In this document: positions 38,528 to 48,771 of the stretch, piece after piece | How the letters are laid out: each line of letters starts with the position of its first letter | How positions within the stretch are numbered: position 1 is the stretch's first letter | Assembly: GCA_040768745.1 (NCBI GenBank) | Contig: JAXGMI010000002.1 | Location: 64,001-128,000 of the forward strand | DNA: 64,000 bases | Reading direction: 5' to 3' | DNA from: Desulfomicrobium sp. | GTDB taxonomy: Bacteria; Desulfobacterota; Desulfovibrionia; Desulfovibrionales; Desulfomicrobiaceae | Notes under the pieces: generated by a model | Seen by the model: only the letters and a program-made list of their open reading frames with translations | Databases searched by the model: none | Told to the model about the DNA's origin: nothing | Translations under genes and position numbers: made by a program

Positions 38528-38719
38528 GGCGATGCGTCAAACCGGGCTGTTATGACAAATTTGAAAAAAAAGAATGCATTCCCGGCTTCAGAAGAAGGGG
38601 ACCACACGTACAGCAAGGACAGGGCCAAAGTCGGTTATCGGGGCGGGGGAATCGGAAGGGGTTTTGAAAGAGGTGCCATGCATGGGTTGCCGATGTTCCG
38701 CAGCGCAACCCTTACTGCC

Positions 38720-39013
38720 TCACGTTCGGGGCACAGACGGGTTCTTGCGTTCCGGGGTGAAGAACCACCAAGGGCGAGGGTCGTCGCCGTCCATGAAGCG
38801 GATCACGGACACGAAAACGTCCAGGATACAGGGATCCTGCCGCGCTCCGGTCAGTTCGCAGAGGCGGTCGAAGAGGGCCAGCGGGTCCTGCCCGGCGAGC
38901 TGTTCCGGCCGATCGAAGCCCAGGAGTCGCAGGTCCTCGGCCATGGCGGGTCCGATGTTGGGCAGGTCGGTCAGGGAGGACAGGCGGTCGCGCCTGACTT
39001 TGTTCGGGTTCAA
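38720..39013 (-). CDS. Helix-hairpin-helix protein (Cdd1/mitomycin-resistance-like)
   Basis: LTDLPNIGPAMAEDL, QDPCILDVF, WW.FT. Confidence 0.85.
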   Translation of the reverse strand: MNPNKVRRDRLSSLTDLPNIGPAMAEDLRLLGFDRPEQLAGQDPLALFDRLCELTGARQDPCILDVFVSVIRFMDGDDPRPWWFFTPERKNPSVPRT

Positions 39014-39020
39014 GGGGTCC

Positions 39021-40076
39021 TCAGACCATCCGGCGGCTGATTTCGTGATGGTTGATGAGGATCTTGCTCACGTAGTCAACGGTTTCGGCGAAGTTGGGGA
39101 TGCGGCCATAGGCTGTGTATATGCCTGCCTGATAGTCCGTATTGCCCAGTCCGGCGTTGTATCCGGCCGTTGCCGCCAGAATATTCCCGCTGCGGGAGCG
39201 CATGTTTTCAGCCATCATCCTGATCATGGCGTTGATGCTGTGGGAGTAGAGCACGCGCTGTTCGAATTTCTCGAAAAATGCCACATCCTGAGGGTCAAAA
39301 ATGGAGCGACCCTGGAAATTTTCGGCGAGGTATTGGCGGCAGTTGTCCCGCGCCTGGGTGTACTGGGCCTGGGCCAGATCCATGCGCTCCAGGGCAAGGC
39401 TCAGGTCGTCTGCCTCGGCGAAGGGAAGGCCCTGCACCTGTCTGGAGAGCAGAGTCCGCAACATCTTGGCGGGATTGTTGAACAGATCGGATTGGTCCCT
39501 GCGCATGTTCCGCATCTGCTCGCGCAGCCTGGAGGCGCGCTCGAATTCAGTTTCCAAGTCCATCCGGCGGGCCTGCCCAGGAGGGAGACTGTGGGCATCG
39601 GCGCAGATCAGTCCATACCCCCTGGCCGTCGGGGCTATGAACTGGCAGGGACCCACGGCCAGGGCCGAGGACACAGCGAACTCATAAAAAAAGGATTCTG
39701 CCATCATCTGACCCATGATCCAGCAAGGATCCACTGGATAGATGGAGGCGTTGCGGATGACCCCCTGGACCACGTGTCGGCAGATCTCCGGAATGCGCGC
39801 ATGCAGGTCCACTTGGCTCAAGGGCTGTTTCCAGACCGGCAGATTGCCGCTGGGGTAGTTTTCCATGACAAAGGTCAGGACCGACTGGGCCAGAGCGTGG
39901 GCAAATCCTGGTGCGGAAACCGTGCCCACCACGCGGGAGGGGTCCTTGGTCTGGATGACCCGGATTTCCGAAACCTCGGACAACGGAGTCTGGGCCGCCT
40001 TGGCCGCCGGACTCAGCAAGGGAAGGAGCAGGGGGGCAAGGGAGGCCTTGAGCATGGTACGGCGTGCTGTATTCAT
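39021..40076 (-). CDS. Lytic transglycosylase (SLT domain) with Tat-like signal
   Basis: ARRTML signal; MAES, A.GPCQFIAPTA, AGYNAG, ETVDYV. Confidence 0.85.
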   Translation of the reverse strand: MNTARRTMLKASLAPLLLPLLSPAAKAAQTPLSEVSEIRVIQTKDPSRVVGTVSAPGFAHALAQSVLTFVMENYPSGNLPVWKQPLSQVDLHARIPEICRHVVQGVIRNASIYPVDPCWIMGQMMAESFFYEFAVSSALAVGPCQFIAPTARGYGLICADAHSLPPGQARRMDLETEFERASRLREQMRNMRRDQSDLFNNPAKMLRTLLSRQVQGLPFAEADDLSLALERMDLAQAQYTQARDNCRQYLAENFQGRSIFDPQDVAFFEKFEQRVLYSHSINAMIRMMAENMRSRSGNILAATAGYNAGLGNTDYQAGIYTAYGRIPNFAETVDYVSKILINHHEISRRMV

Positions 40077-40080
40077 CGTA

Positions 40081-40455
40081 TCAACCGGAATTGAGGGTCA
40101 TGCGGGCCACGACCTTGCGGAAATACTCCTCGTTTTCTTCCAGGAGCAGCCCGCCACTGCGGATCTTGGCTTTGGCGATGACAAGTTGGACTTTCTGGAT
40201 CTGACGCATTTTTTGCGCTTCGTCTGTTTCCCTTTCCAGGCATTCGATCAGGGATCGGATTTCGCGTTGGGTCTGGATTTCCTCGGGCACATAGCCCCCG
40301 TTCTTGAGCACCTTGTAGGCCATGCGCAGATGCTCAGGCATGAACGGGTCCGAGTCCAGGGTCAGGGGTTGTCCCTGACCCTGGAGGTTGTCGAACTCTC
40401 CGCGCTGCTGGGCGTTCTGAATGGCCTGTTCGGCCAAATCAGCAAGAATTTTCAT
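40081..40455 (-). CDS. DUF1992 / DnaJ-family-associated domain protein
   Basis: AEQAIQNAQQRGEFDNLQGQGQPL, RMAYKVLKNGGYVPEE. Confidence 0.9.
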   Translation of the reverse strand: MKILADLAEQAIQNAQQRGEFDNLQGQGQPLTLDSDPFMPEHLRMAYKVLKNGGYVPEEIQTQREIRSLIECLERETDEAQKMRQIQKVQLVIAKAKIRSGGLLLEENEEYFRKVVARMTLNSG

Positions 40456-40922
40456 CGCATCAGAGAGGCCTTTTTCACGATGTGGCGGAACCCTTCTTCG
40501 GAGATGATTCCCAGATGGTCCAGGATCATTTCTCCGCTGGGACTGTAAATTATGGTCCTGGGAATGGATTTGACGGAAAGCGTGGAGCCGATATCCCCAT
40601 TGTCGATGTAAACGGGGAAATTGATCTTCTGCCGGGTGACGAACGCATCCACCGCCTTGGGACTGTAATCCAGGGAAATCCCGACGATATGCAGGTCGCG
40701 CTCGGGGAATTCCTGGCGAGTGGCCATCAGAGCGGGTAACTCCTTGACGCAGGGTCCGCACCAGGTGGCCCAGAAATTGACGATGAGAACCCGTCCCTTG
40801 CTGGAGTCCACGATTTGCTTCAGGTCCTGGGGACCGATCGTGCGGACCCCCTGGGCCAGGGCTGCGCCGTTCAGACAGAAGGTCAGCAGGAGAAGCGCGG
40901 TCAATGTTTTGATGGCGTGCAT
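40452..40922 (-). CDS. TlpA-family thiol:disulfide oxidoreductase
   Basis: Signal peptide; VNFWATWCGPCVKELP. Confidence 0.92.
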   Translation of the reverse strand: MHAIKTLTALLLLTFCLNGAALAQGVRTIGPQDLKQIVDSSKGRVLIVNFWATWCGPCVKELPALMATRQEFPERDLHIVGISLDYSPKAVDAFVTRQKINFPVYIDNGDIGSTLSVKSIPRTIIYSPSGEMILDHLGIISEEGFRHIVKKASLMR

Positions 40923-41057
40923 GTGCGAATCCTTGTTTCCGTTGTTGTTGCACGATTGCTAGCCTGTTTGCCGTTTGGCAGTCAATCGAGGGAAGAGGTC
41001 ATTGCCTTTTGCGGGCAATTGGCTGATTGCAGGGACGCGAAGACCCCAGGAGGGAAT

Positions 41058-41714
41058 ATGACGCAATTCGTCAAGAAAAAAGTTGAGGTCGAAGACGCAG
41101 AGGCGACCATGGTTTTCCGGCCCGGTCAATTCAAGCGCGAGCCCTTTTCTCTGGAAAAAAAGAACATTTTTCTGCTCGGCATGCGCGCCAGCGGCAAAAC
41201 CACCTTGGGCCGGGCCCTGGCCGTGGCACTGGGCTGCGACTGGGTGGACACCGACGCCCTGGTCGTCGAGGCCGCCGGGCGGAGCATCGAGGCCATCGTC
41301 GCCGCCGAGGGCTGGGACGGGTTCCGTCGGCTGGAGTCCGGGGCCCTGGCCAGTGCCGCCGGGCTGCCGGGCAAGGTGGTGTCCACGGGCGGCGGGATTG
41401 TCCTCTCGGAGGCCAACCGGGATCTCATGGGCAAGACCGGGGTCAGTTTCTATCTGGCCGCGGACGCGGGGTTGTTGGTTGGCCGGATGATGCGCGATCC
41501 CAACGCAGCCCAGCGACCTCCGTTGACTCCTCTGGACGTGCATGAGGAAGTCGTGGCCGTCATGACCGAACGCGAACCCCTGTACATGTCCAGCATGGAT
41601 CACCTGCTGCAGGCCAACCGGGCCGTGGAGGAGCTGGTGGACGACGTGCTCGTGGCCCTGGGGCTGAAGGAGTGGGACTACAGGCAAAAAGAGAGGGTCA
41701 TGGACCGCTATTGA
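41058..41714 (+). CDS. aroL: Shikimate kinase (AroK/AroL)
   Basis: LLGMRASGKTT, VDTD, GWDGFR..E, STGGG, RPPL, REPLY. Confidence 0.92.
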   Translation: MTQFVKKKVEVEDAEATMVFRPGQFKREPFSLEKKNIFLLGMRASGKTTLGRALAVALGCDWVDTDALVVEAAGRSIEAIVAAEGWDGFRRLESGALASAAGLPGKVVSTGGGIVLSEANRDLMGKTGVSFYLAADAGLLVGRMMRDPNAAQRPPLTPLDVHEEVVAVMTEREPLYMSSMDHLLQANRAVEELVDDVLVALGLKEWDYRQKERVMDRY

Positions 41715-41732
41715 AAGTCTGGGGGGTATGCC

Positions 41733-43040
41733 TCAAATTCTGGCCACGGCCAGGAATACGGCATGCAGGGTTGTGACCAGGACGACGAAGAGCTGCCGGC
41801 TGCGTTGGGGATCAAGGCCTGCAAAGGCATAGCCGATGTGCGCGTGAAGGCATCGAGGCAGGCAGTCCCCGCACAGGGAGCAGGTCAGACCGGGCCGATT
41901 GCGATCCAAATCCGCCCGGGTCAGAGCGTTGTAGCGGCAGGCCGCGGCGCAGGCCCCGCAACGGGTGCAGCCGGCGTCGATGCGGATGCGCCAGGGCAGG
42001 ATCCTGCCCAGCAGGTTGTTGACGAGACCGACGGGGCACCAGGTTGTACAGTGGGTCATGGTGCCGGTCCGGCGGGACCACAGCAGCATGATCCCGACCC
42101 CGGCCAGGCCGAAGGCCGCGGCCAATCCTAGGGCCCAGATCCAGGGAATGTGCATGGCCCGCAACACCAGAGGTGTCAAAATGGTCGCGACGAGGATGGC
42201 CATACGCAATCGAGGGGCCCAGGCCGGCAGTGTTTTGGGCCGCCCAAAGTCCCAGCGGGCCAGACGGTCGTCCCAGGCCCCGATATAGCAGAGGTGGCTG
42301 CACCAGGCCGGGCCGACCAGGGCCAGGGAGACAGCCAGCAGGGTGAGCATGAAGAATCCTTCCCCACGGTAGATGGGCCCGGCCAGAATCAGGGCCGGCA
42401 CAGGCAGATGCAGCTTGCCGGTCATGAGGAACGCGGACCAGCCGGCCAGGCCCAAGGCCAACTGTCCGAAGAACACGGCCGAAAACAATGTCCAGATCCG
42501 TCCGCGCACCCTGTCTGCTCTGTTGCCGAGGAGCAGGCCGCCGATGGCTGCACCGTAAAGTGCGAAGGCAACTATCCAGAAGGAACCTGAATCCGGGAAG
42601 AAGCGCTCCCCCATGAGCAGGGGGATCTTTGTTGTGGCCCCGGCAAGGACCAGGGTTGCCGAAACCAGCACGAATATGGCCGTTTTTGACCAAGCCACAC
42701 CATCCAGGTCGCCGAAAAGCCTTCGTCCGGCTTGACCAGCAAGCAGGGCCAGGGCGGTCAGATGCGCCACGCACACTGAACCAAGGATTGCGGCCAGGCG
42801 TACCCAGGGCTGTCCGAGGCTGAGCCGCCATTGGACCAAGTTTGCAGCGTGGTCGACCCAGAGCAACGCTCCGCCCAGGGCTGCCATGCAGAGCAGAGGT
42901 CTGGGCAGGATGCGAGGCCAGGCAAGTGCAGTCATGGGCAGAACGCAGGGTACGGCGTCCCACAGGGTCCCGAAACGCAGAAAGTGGGCCGCCGTGGTCA
43001 GAGAGCACAGGGCCATAAGCACACGCAGCAGGGCGATCAT
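41733..43040 (-). CDS. Polytopic membrane 4Fe-4S binding protein (NapH/NosR-like)
   Basis: Many TMs; WCSHLCY.G, CTTWCP.G, two CxxCxxC clusters. Confidence 0.85.
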   Translation of the reverse strand: MIALLRVLMALCSLTTAAHFLRFGTLWDAVPCVLPMTALAWPRILPRPLLCMAALGGALLWVDHAANLVQWRLSLGQPWVRLAAILGSVCVAHLTALALLAGQAGRRLFGDLDGVAWSKTAIFVLVSATLVLAGATTKIPLLMGERFFPDSGSFWIVAFALYGAAIGGLLLGNRADRVRGRIWTLFSAVFFGQLALGLAGWSAFLMTGKLHLPVPALILAGPIYRGEGFFMLTLLAVSLALVGPAWCSHLCYIGAWDDRLARWDFGRPKTLPAWAPRLRMAILVATILTPLVLRAMHIPWIWALGLAAAFGLAGVGIMLLWSRRTGTMTHCTTWCPVGLVNNLLGRILPWRIRIDAGCTRCGACAAACRYNALTRADLDRNRPGLTCSLCGDCLPRCLHAHIGYAFAGLDPQRSRQLFVVLVTTLHAVFLAVARI

Positions 43041-43666
43041 GGTCGGACCTGCGCGTTGAAGTTTTCCTGTCCCATCCTTGTCACCAGATCCGCCAGGCGC
43101 AGGCCGGGACTGTAGTTTGCCATGAACATGTGCAGGGTGTTGCGGAGAACGGCAAGGGCCGCGGCCTGGGAAAGAAAGCCCAGCTCATGGGCCAGACGGG
43201 GGTGCCTTCCGAGCTTGCCGCCCAGCAACACGCGGTAGCCTTTTTGCCCAATGGCCAGACTTCCGGTAGGGCAGACCCGGGCGCAGGATGCGCAGCCGAG
43301 ACAGAGGGCTCTGTCCAAAACGATTTCTGGCTCAAGCCGCAGGGCCTTTTCAGCGCATGCCCCCACACACAGGCCGCAGGCCGAGCACGAGCCGGTATCG
43401 ACCTCGATGTGCGCGGCCCCGATGAGGCCGAAATCGGCGATGTGGGGCTGCGAGCAGCCATTGGGACAGGCGGATACGGCCGCGCGGAACTGGTGATGGT
43501 GGCGAATGGGGGACTGGCGTTGGATCAGAAACTCCGGCCAGCCCGAATCCCGGATGATTTTTTCCAAGTCAGGGGCCAGATCGTCGGTCGCGACAGCGTG
43601 GGGGCATTTGGGGCCCCGGCAGAATTTCAGGCCAAAGGACGGGATGATGGCATCAGGATGGATCAT
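43037..43666 (-). CDS. Sulfite/nitrite-reductase 4Fe-4S domain + ferredoxin protein
   Basis: SACPNGCSQP, two CxxCxxC...C, LLGGKLGRHP. Confidence 0.85.
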   Translation of the reverse strand: MIHPDAIIPSFGLKFCRGPKCPHAVATDDLAPDLEKIIRDSGWPEFLIQRQSPIRHHHQFRAAVSACPNGCSQPHIADFGLIGAAHIEVDTGSCSACGLCVGACAEKALRLEPEIVLDRALCLGCASCARVCPTGSLAIGQKGYRVLLGGKLGRHPRLAHELGFLSQAAALAVLRNTLHMFMANYSPGLRLADLVTRMGQENFNAQVRP

Positions 43667-43749
43667 GGAGCACGCATGCCATGGCCGGCAAAGGCAATCC
43701 TTGACTTGCGTCAAAATTCCTTTTTTCCTTGTATGCGGTTGTCCTGGGC

Positions 43750-44130
43750 TCAGGAGGTCTTGATGACCAGGGGAATGGCATGCAGGGATTTGGAGATTTC
43801 CCGGGTGGGAGACAGGGTCCAGGAGGCCATGGGCGTGCCCAGCTGCCCGCACAAGGAGGCGGCCATTTTGTCCACGGCCAGCACAGGGTGCCGGGCAAAG
43901 ACCTGCGGCAGCCCGTAAGTCAAATTGCAGGCCAGGCACTTGCCTGGACGCTGGATCAGTTGAAAGGCAAAATGGAGTTCATGCCCCTTTTGCTCCTGGA
44001 AGCGGAGGCGGATATCGTAGGCTCCCTCTTCGGCGTCCCCGAACAGGGCGTCGAAGAATGCCGCGGTTTTGGAGGGGGGGAAGACGTCATCCAGGTAGGC
44101 AGGGGTGAAGATCTGGGCCGCATTGGTCAT
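43750..44130 (-). CDS. Conserved deltaproteobacterial hypothetical protein (CxxC)
   Basis: FFDALFGDAEEGAYDI, RPGKCLACNLTYGLPQVF.RHP; AGGAG SD. Confidence 0.8.
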   Translation of the reverse strand: MTNAAQIFTPAYLDDVFPPSKTAAFFDALFGDAEEGAYDIRLRFQEQKGHELHFAFQLIQRPGKCLACNLTYGLPQVFARHPVLAVDKMAASLCGQLGTPMASWTLSPTREISKSLHAIPLVIKTS

Positions 44131-44255
44131 GGTTTTCTCCTGTACTTCCGGATTGTTCGAGAAATCCTACGCATGACGCCGGGTACAGGTCAAGTGGACA
44201 TCAATGCGGGGTGGCCGGAAATGAAGCATCAGTCACAGCATCAACCGGGGTCGGC

Positions 44256-44456
44256 ATGAATCAGCGCATGGAAAAACTGGAAATCCGGTATTCGTATCTC
44301 CAAAAAACGGTTGATGATCTCAGCACAGTTGTCATAGAGCAACAAAAAGAAATCCAGGAGTTGCGGCGGCTGGTCATTCTTCTGGGCAGCAAGCTCAGAG
44401 AAGTCTCTGCGTTGCAGAGCGAATCCGATCCTGATGAAAAGCCTCCACATTATTGA
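44256..44456 (+). CDS. slyX: SlyX family protein
   Basis: LEIR.SY...VDDLS..V..QQ.EI, C-terminal EKPPHY. Confidence 0.9.
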   Translation: MNQRMEKLEIRYSYLQKTVDDLSTVVIEQQKEIQELRRLVILLGSKLREVSALQSESDPDEKPPHY

Positions 44457-44472
44457 GCAGGTTGGAGATCAA

Positions 44473-47208
44473 GTGCACACCACTTCCCATCAGACTCCGA
44501 CGGCGGACGACAAAGCCGGCTCCTCGACGGGTGAGGAGCGCTCCCTGCGGGCCATATTGCAGCAGATTGAGGCCCTTCCGTCCCTTCCCGCCGTGGCCAA
44601 CACCATTTTCGAGCAGGTCCTCAATCAGGATTTCGAGCATTCCAGACTGGCCCGCGTCATCGAGACCGATCCCGGGCTGACGGTCAAGATTCTTGATTAC
44701 TCCAATCGGGCCATCTATGCCGCCCGGGGAGAAGTCAACCAGGTGGAGCAGGGTCTGAACCGGTTGGGCAGCAGGGTCGTGCGGGCCTTGCTCTTGTCCG
44801 TGCTGATCAAGGATTCCCTCATCTGGGGCGACAAGGCCGCGGAAACCACCCAGGCCGGGTTGTGGAAGCACAGTCTGGCCACAGCCGTTTATGCGTCCCT
44901 CATCGCCGCCAAGTCCTTTCCTGTTCTGGCGGACGAAGCCTTTGCCGCTGGGGTCATGCACGACATCGGCCGTATTTTTCTGCAGCTCTATGTCAGTGAC
45001 GAATACGCGCAGGTCACGACCCACAAGGAAGAACTGTTCGAGTCCACTCTCGAGGCCGAACAGGCCGTTTTCAAGACAGACCACACGGCAGTGGGGCGGT
45101 GGATTGCCCAGAAATGGAAGCTTTCAGCAGCCATGGCCGATGTCATCTGGCTGCACCATCAATCCGCGCCCGCCTTGGGTGTGATGAAGGAGAACTCCAG
45201 CCTGGTGGCCATCGTGGCCTTGGCGAATCTCCTGGCCCATGCCACGCTCATGGATGAACCCAGGGCCATGGTCCGTGAGCATCAGCGCCAGAGCGGCCTG
45301 GTCGCCATGCTGGGCCTGACCGACAGGGATCTTCTCGCCATCCAGGCCGCTTTTGCCCCGGCATTTGCCGAACGGGCCGAACCGTTCGATCTGGAAGGCG
45401 ACCAGGTCGAGCTTTTTCTTTCCTCCCTGCAGAAGGCCAATCAGCATCTGCTGCGCATGAGTCTGGACCTGGACCAGATCAATACCCGCCTGGAGGACGC
45501 CAACCGTTTCACTGCCCTGGGATCCATGGTCGGACTGAAGATGAGCAAGGCCAGGGTGCCGGGTGACGTCTTTGAGTCCATAGCCTCCTGCATGCTGGAA
45601 TCGGCAGGGATCCGGGGCGGGTTCGTGTACTGGATCCTCCCGGGCGATCGGACCATGCAGGGGCTGATCTGGAACGGGAGTGGCAATCAGCGGCCGGTTT
45701 CCTACGCCCTGGATGGAGACGGACTTCCTGATTTGCACGGCGGCACGCCGTTGCCCGAGACCATCAAGTCCATCGTGCTTTCCCATCGCCAGCGGTACGG
45801 CGGGGCCTCGCTCATGGATTGGGAGTTGAGACTGAAGCAGTTCTTCGTGGTCAGCGGGTACTACATCTTCCCGCTGGTGGGCAGCGATTTTTCAGGCGAG
45901 ATGTGCATCCTGCGCTCCCAATCCAGGCCTCCCAAAATGACTCCCCAGGAATACATGGGCTACTCGCAGGTCACCTGCGTGGCTTCAGCCACCCTGGACC
46001 GGGTCAGGCTCTTTGACAATCTGCAGATCCGGGCTGACGAACTGTCCCATGCCTTGTGGAAGAATCAGCAGATCAATCTGCAGCTCCTGCAGACCGAGCG
46101 GCTGGCAGCGGTTGGGCAGCTGGCAGCGGGAGCAGCCCACGAGATCAACAACCCCCTGGCCATCATTTCGGCCCGCACCCAGCTGCTGGAAAACCGGGAA
46201 ATGGATGAGAAAAAACGCCGGGATCTGCGCCAGATCTCGCAGCAGATCGAGCGCATTTCATCTATCCTGCAAAGCCTGATGGGTTTCGCCCGGCCCAATG
46301 CCCCGCAGGTTGGCAAGGTCGATCTCAATGCCCTGCTGGCCAAGATCTGCGGGCTGGTGGAGTCGATCTTCCACACCCACCGCATCCCCATCGTCCAGCA
46401 ACTTGACCCGAATTTGCCCTTCATCCTGGCCGACTCCAACCAGCTGGAACAGGTCTTTCTCAATCTGTTCATCAACGCCCAGCACGCCATGGAGAAGGAT
46501 GGCGGGGTCCTCAGCGTTGTTTCCTCCTTCATGCCCGACAAAAAACGGGTTGCGGTGTCCGTGCGGGACACGGGCACAGGCATCGCACCAGAAAATCTCT
46601 CCCGCATTTTCGACCCGTTCTTTTCCACCAAAGCCGAAGGCAAGGGGACGGGCCTGGGACTGTCCACAGCCTACGGGATCATCACCAACCACTACGGTGA
46701 GATCAAGGTTGCCAGCGAACTGGGGAAAGGCACGGAAATGATTGTCATTCTGCCTGTGTCCACCCCCGTGACCGTTCCGGACAAGACAGCGGCCGTGGTG
46801 GAACCCGCAGCTTCGCCTCCTGAAACTGCGGAGGGGCGCATTCTGGTCGTCGATGATGAGCAGTACATCCGGGACGTCCTGACCGAGACCCTGCACGATG
46901 CGGGGTATGCGGTGGATACTGCCACCAACGGGGAGGAGGCGATGGTCAAGTTGCGGTCCGGATTCTACAACCTGATTCTGCTCGACATCCGGATGCCCAT
47001 CCATTCCGGATTGGACCTGCTCAAGGCCCTGGCCCGCAGCGGCTCGCATCCTCCCATCCTGGTCCTGACAGGACACGCTTCCTCGGAAGAGATTGACGAG
47101 GCGTTGCGTTTTGGGGCCAGCAAATGCATCCACAAGCCCTTCCACCTGAAGAGCCTGCTGGCCGAAATTGCCGGGATCATGCAGCCAGGCACGACCGCCA
47201 ACACCTGA
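44473..47208 (+). CDS. HDOD-domain hybrid sensor histidine kinase (HDOD-HisKA-HATPase-REC)
   Basis: LPSLP, MHDIGR, AHEINNPL, QVFLNL..NA, GTGLGLS, ILVVDDE, LLDIRMP; GTG start with GGAG SD (track start 44434). Confidence 0.92.
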   Translation: MHTTSHQTPTADDKAGSSTGEERSLRAILQQIEALPSLPAVANTIFEQVLNQDFEHSRLARVIETDPGLTVKILDYSNRAIYAARGEVNQVEQGLNRLGSRVVRALLLSVLIKDSLIWGDKAAETTQAGLWKHSLATAVYASLIAAKSFPVLADEAFAAGVMHDIGRIFLQLYVSDEYAQVTTHKEELFESTLEAEQAVFKTDHTAVGRWIAQKWKLSAAMADVIWLHHQSAPALGVMKENSSLVAIVALANLLAHATLMDEPRAMVREHQRQSGLVAMLGLTDRDLLAIQAAFAPAFAERAEPFDLEGDQVELFLSSLQKANQHLLRMSLDLDQINTRLEDANRFTALGSMVGLKMSKARVPGDVFESIASCMLESAGIRGGFVYWILPGDRTMQGLIWNGSGNQRPVSYALDGDGLPDLHGGTPLPETIKSIVLSHRQRYGGASLMDWELRLKQFFVVSGYYIFPLVGSDFSGEMCILRSQSRPPKMTPQEYMGYSQVTCVASATLDRVRLFDNLQIRADELSHALWKNQQINLQLLQTERLAAVGQLAAGAAHEINNPLAIISARTQLLENREMDEKKRRDLRQISQQIERISSILQSLMGFARPNAPQVGKVDLNALLAKICGLVESIFHTHRIPIVQQLDPNLPFILADSNQLEQVFLNLFINAQHAMEKDGGVLSVVSSFMPDKKRVAVSVRDTGTGIAPENLSRIFDPFFSTKAEGKGTGLGLSTAYGIITNHYGEIKVASELGKGTEMIVILPVSTPVTVPDKTAAVVEPAASPPETAEGRILVVDDEQYIRDVLTETLHDAGYAVDTATNGEEAMVKLRSGFYNLILLDIRMPIHSGLDLLKALARSGSHPPILVLTGHASSEEIDEALRFGASKCIHKPFHLKSLLAEIAGIMQPGTTANT

Positions 47209-47224
47209 TTCCGTCCTGGTCACC

Positions 47225-48646
47225 ATGCAGCACTCCACATCCACACCGACATCCAGATCTGCTCACACGCGCATTCTGGCCCTGGCCAGCGGCAAGGGCG
47301 GAACGGGCAAGACCACGGTGGCCGTGAATCTGGCCCTGGCCCTGAACCGGGCGGGGCATACGGTCTGCCTCATCGACGCGGATTTCGGTCTGGCCAACGC
47401 CGAGGTCCACCTGGGTCTGCCTGCCCCGCTGAAGACCCTGGAGCATGTACTTTTCGAGGCGCTGCCATTGGAGGAGTGTCTGGTTCCGGTCCGTCCGGGA
47501 TTCGACCTCATCTCCGGCAGCAACGGCGTGGCCCGCATGGCCGAACTGGATCTGGAGGCCCGGCGGCGCCTGGTCCGGGAGTTCACGGCCCTGTCCGGCT
47601 ACGACTTTATCGTCCTGGACAATTCTCCCGGCATTTCCGCACAGGTCGTCTCCCTCTGCCTGGCCACGCGCGAAATTATCCTGATTCTCAATCCCGAGGC
47701 CGCCTCTCTTGTGGATGCCTACGCCTTGATCAAGGTCCTCAAGGAACACGGCCTGTGGTGGCCTCCCCTCGTGCTGGTCAACCGGGCCGAATCCGGGATG
47801 CAGGCCAAGCAGCTGTTCACCCGGTTCCAGGAAACTGTGCAGCAGTATCTGGGCCTCAAGCCTCTGTTCCTGGGGGTCATCCCCTTGGACAACACTGCGC
47901 GCAGGATGTCTGCGGCCGGCATGCCCTTTGTCACCCTGCGTGACGATCTCCCGGCGAGCCAGGCTGTCATGGGTGTGGCCAAGCTCCTGGTCGAGAGGCT
48001 GAACAAGGAATGGACCAGGAACGATCCGGCCGTTTTTTTCGAGAGCGTGGTTGTCCGCATGAAGCAGCGCCCGGAGTTCGGATTGACGGGCTTGCTGGGC
48101 AACCTGAGCGGGGTAGCCCCGTCCTCCTCCCAGCCCGATGTCTACATGGAACTGGTAGCCCTGATCGACAGGGCCTCAGCATTGTGCGAGAATTTGTTGG
48201 AAAATCCAGCCTACGCCTTTGTACGGGATCGCTTTGGGCTGGTGCGTCTGGCAGTGGACAATTTTCTCCACCCCTTGGACAGGCTGCGTTCGCCGCAGGG
48301 GTCAGGCAAACATCGCATTCTCGTCCTTTCCAACCATGAGCAGATGAGGACCATGCTCAAAGAAATCGTGACCGAGATGGGCTATGACGCGGAGGTCTGC
48401 ATGCCTGCCCATGGCGGCGTTGCGCAATCCCGGGGCACATGCAACCTCATGCTTGTTTCGTGTGACCGGCCGGAATCCCTGATCCGATCCACCCTGACCC
48501 AGATACCGGAACTCCCCCTTGTGTTGTTGACCGGGTTTGGCACGTCCAGTCTGGAAAGGGAATTTCGCCACCGCACGGTGGCCGTGCTGCCCAGGCCTTT
48601 CCATGTGGACGAATTGCGCACGATCCTGCAGTCGGCCCTGCGTTAG
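47225..48646 (+). CDS. MinD/FlhG-family ATPase with C-terminal receiver-like domain
   Basis: SGKGGTGKTT, DADFGLAN, LDNSPGIS; C-terminal RILVLS...LVLLTG...LPRPF. Confidence 0.85.
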   Translation: MQHSTSTPTSRSAHTRILALASGKGGTGKTTVAVNLALALNRAGHTVCLIDADFGLANAEVHLGLPAPLKTLEHVLFEALPLEECLVPVRPGFDLISGSNGVARMAELDLEARRRLVREFTALSGYDFIVLDNSPGISAQVVSLCLATREIILILNPEAASLVDAYALIKVLKEHGLWWPPLVLVNRAESGMQAKQLFTRFQETVQQYLGLKPLFLGVIPLDNTARRMSAAGMPFVTLRDDLPASQAVMGVAKLLVERLNKEWTRNDPAVFFESVVVRMKQRPEFGLTGLLGNLSGVAPSSSQPDVYMELVALIDRASALCENLLENPAYAFVRDRFGLVRLAVDNFLHPLDRLRSPQGSGKHRILVLSNHEQMRTMLKEIVTEMGYDAEVCMPAHGGVAQSRGTCNLMLVSCDRPESLIRSTLTQIPELPLVLLTGFGTSSLEREFRHRTVAVLPRPFHVDELRTILQSALR

Positions 48647-48771
48647 CCTGTATCCCTCTTTACAATCCATGTCCCCTGGCATAACCATTTTGTCCTTCAT
48701 CAATCCCTTCATCGGGGATCGCCATTTTCCTGCGGAACTGGTGTGACGTTCAGCAGCCATCGGAAAAACAT

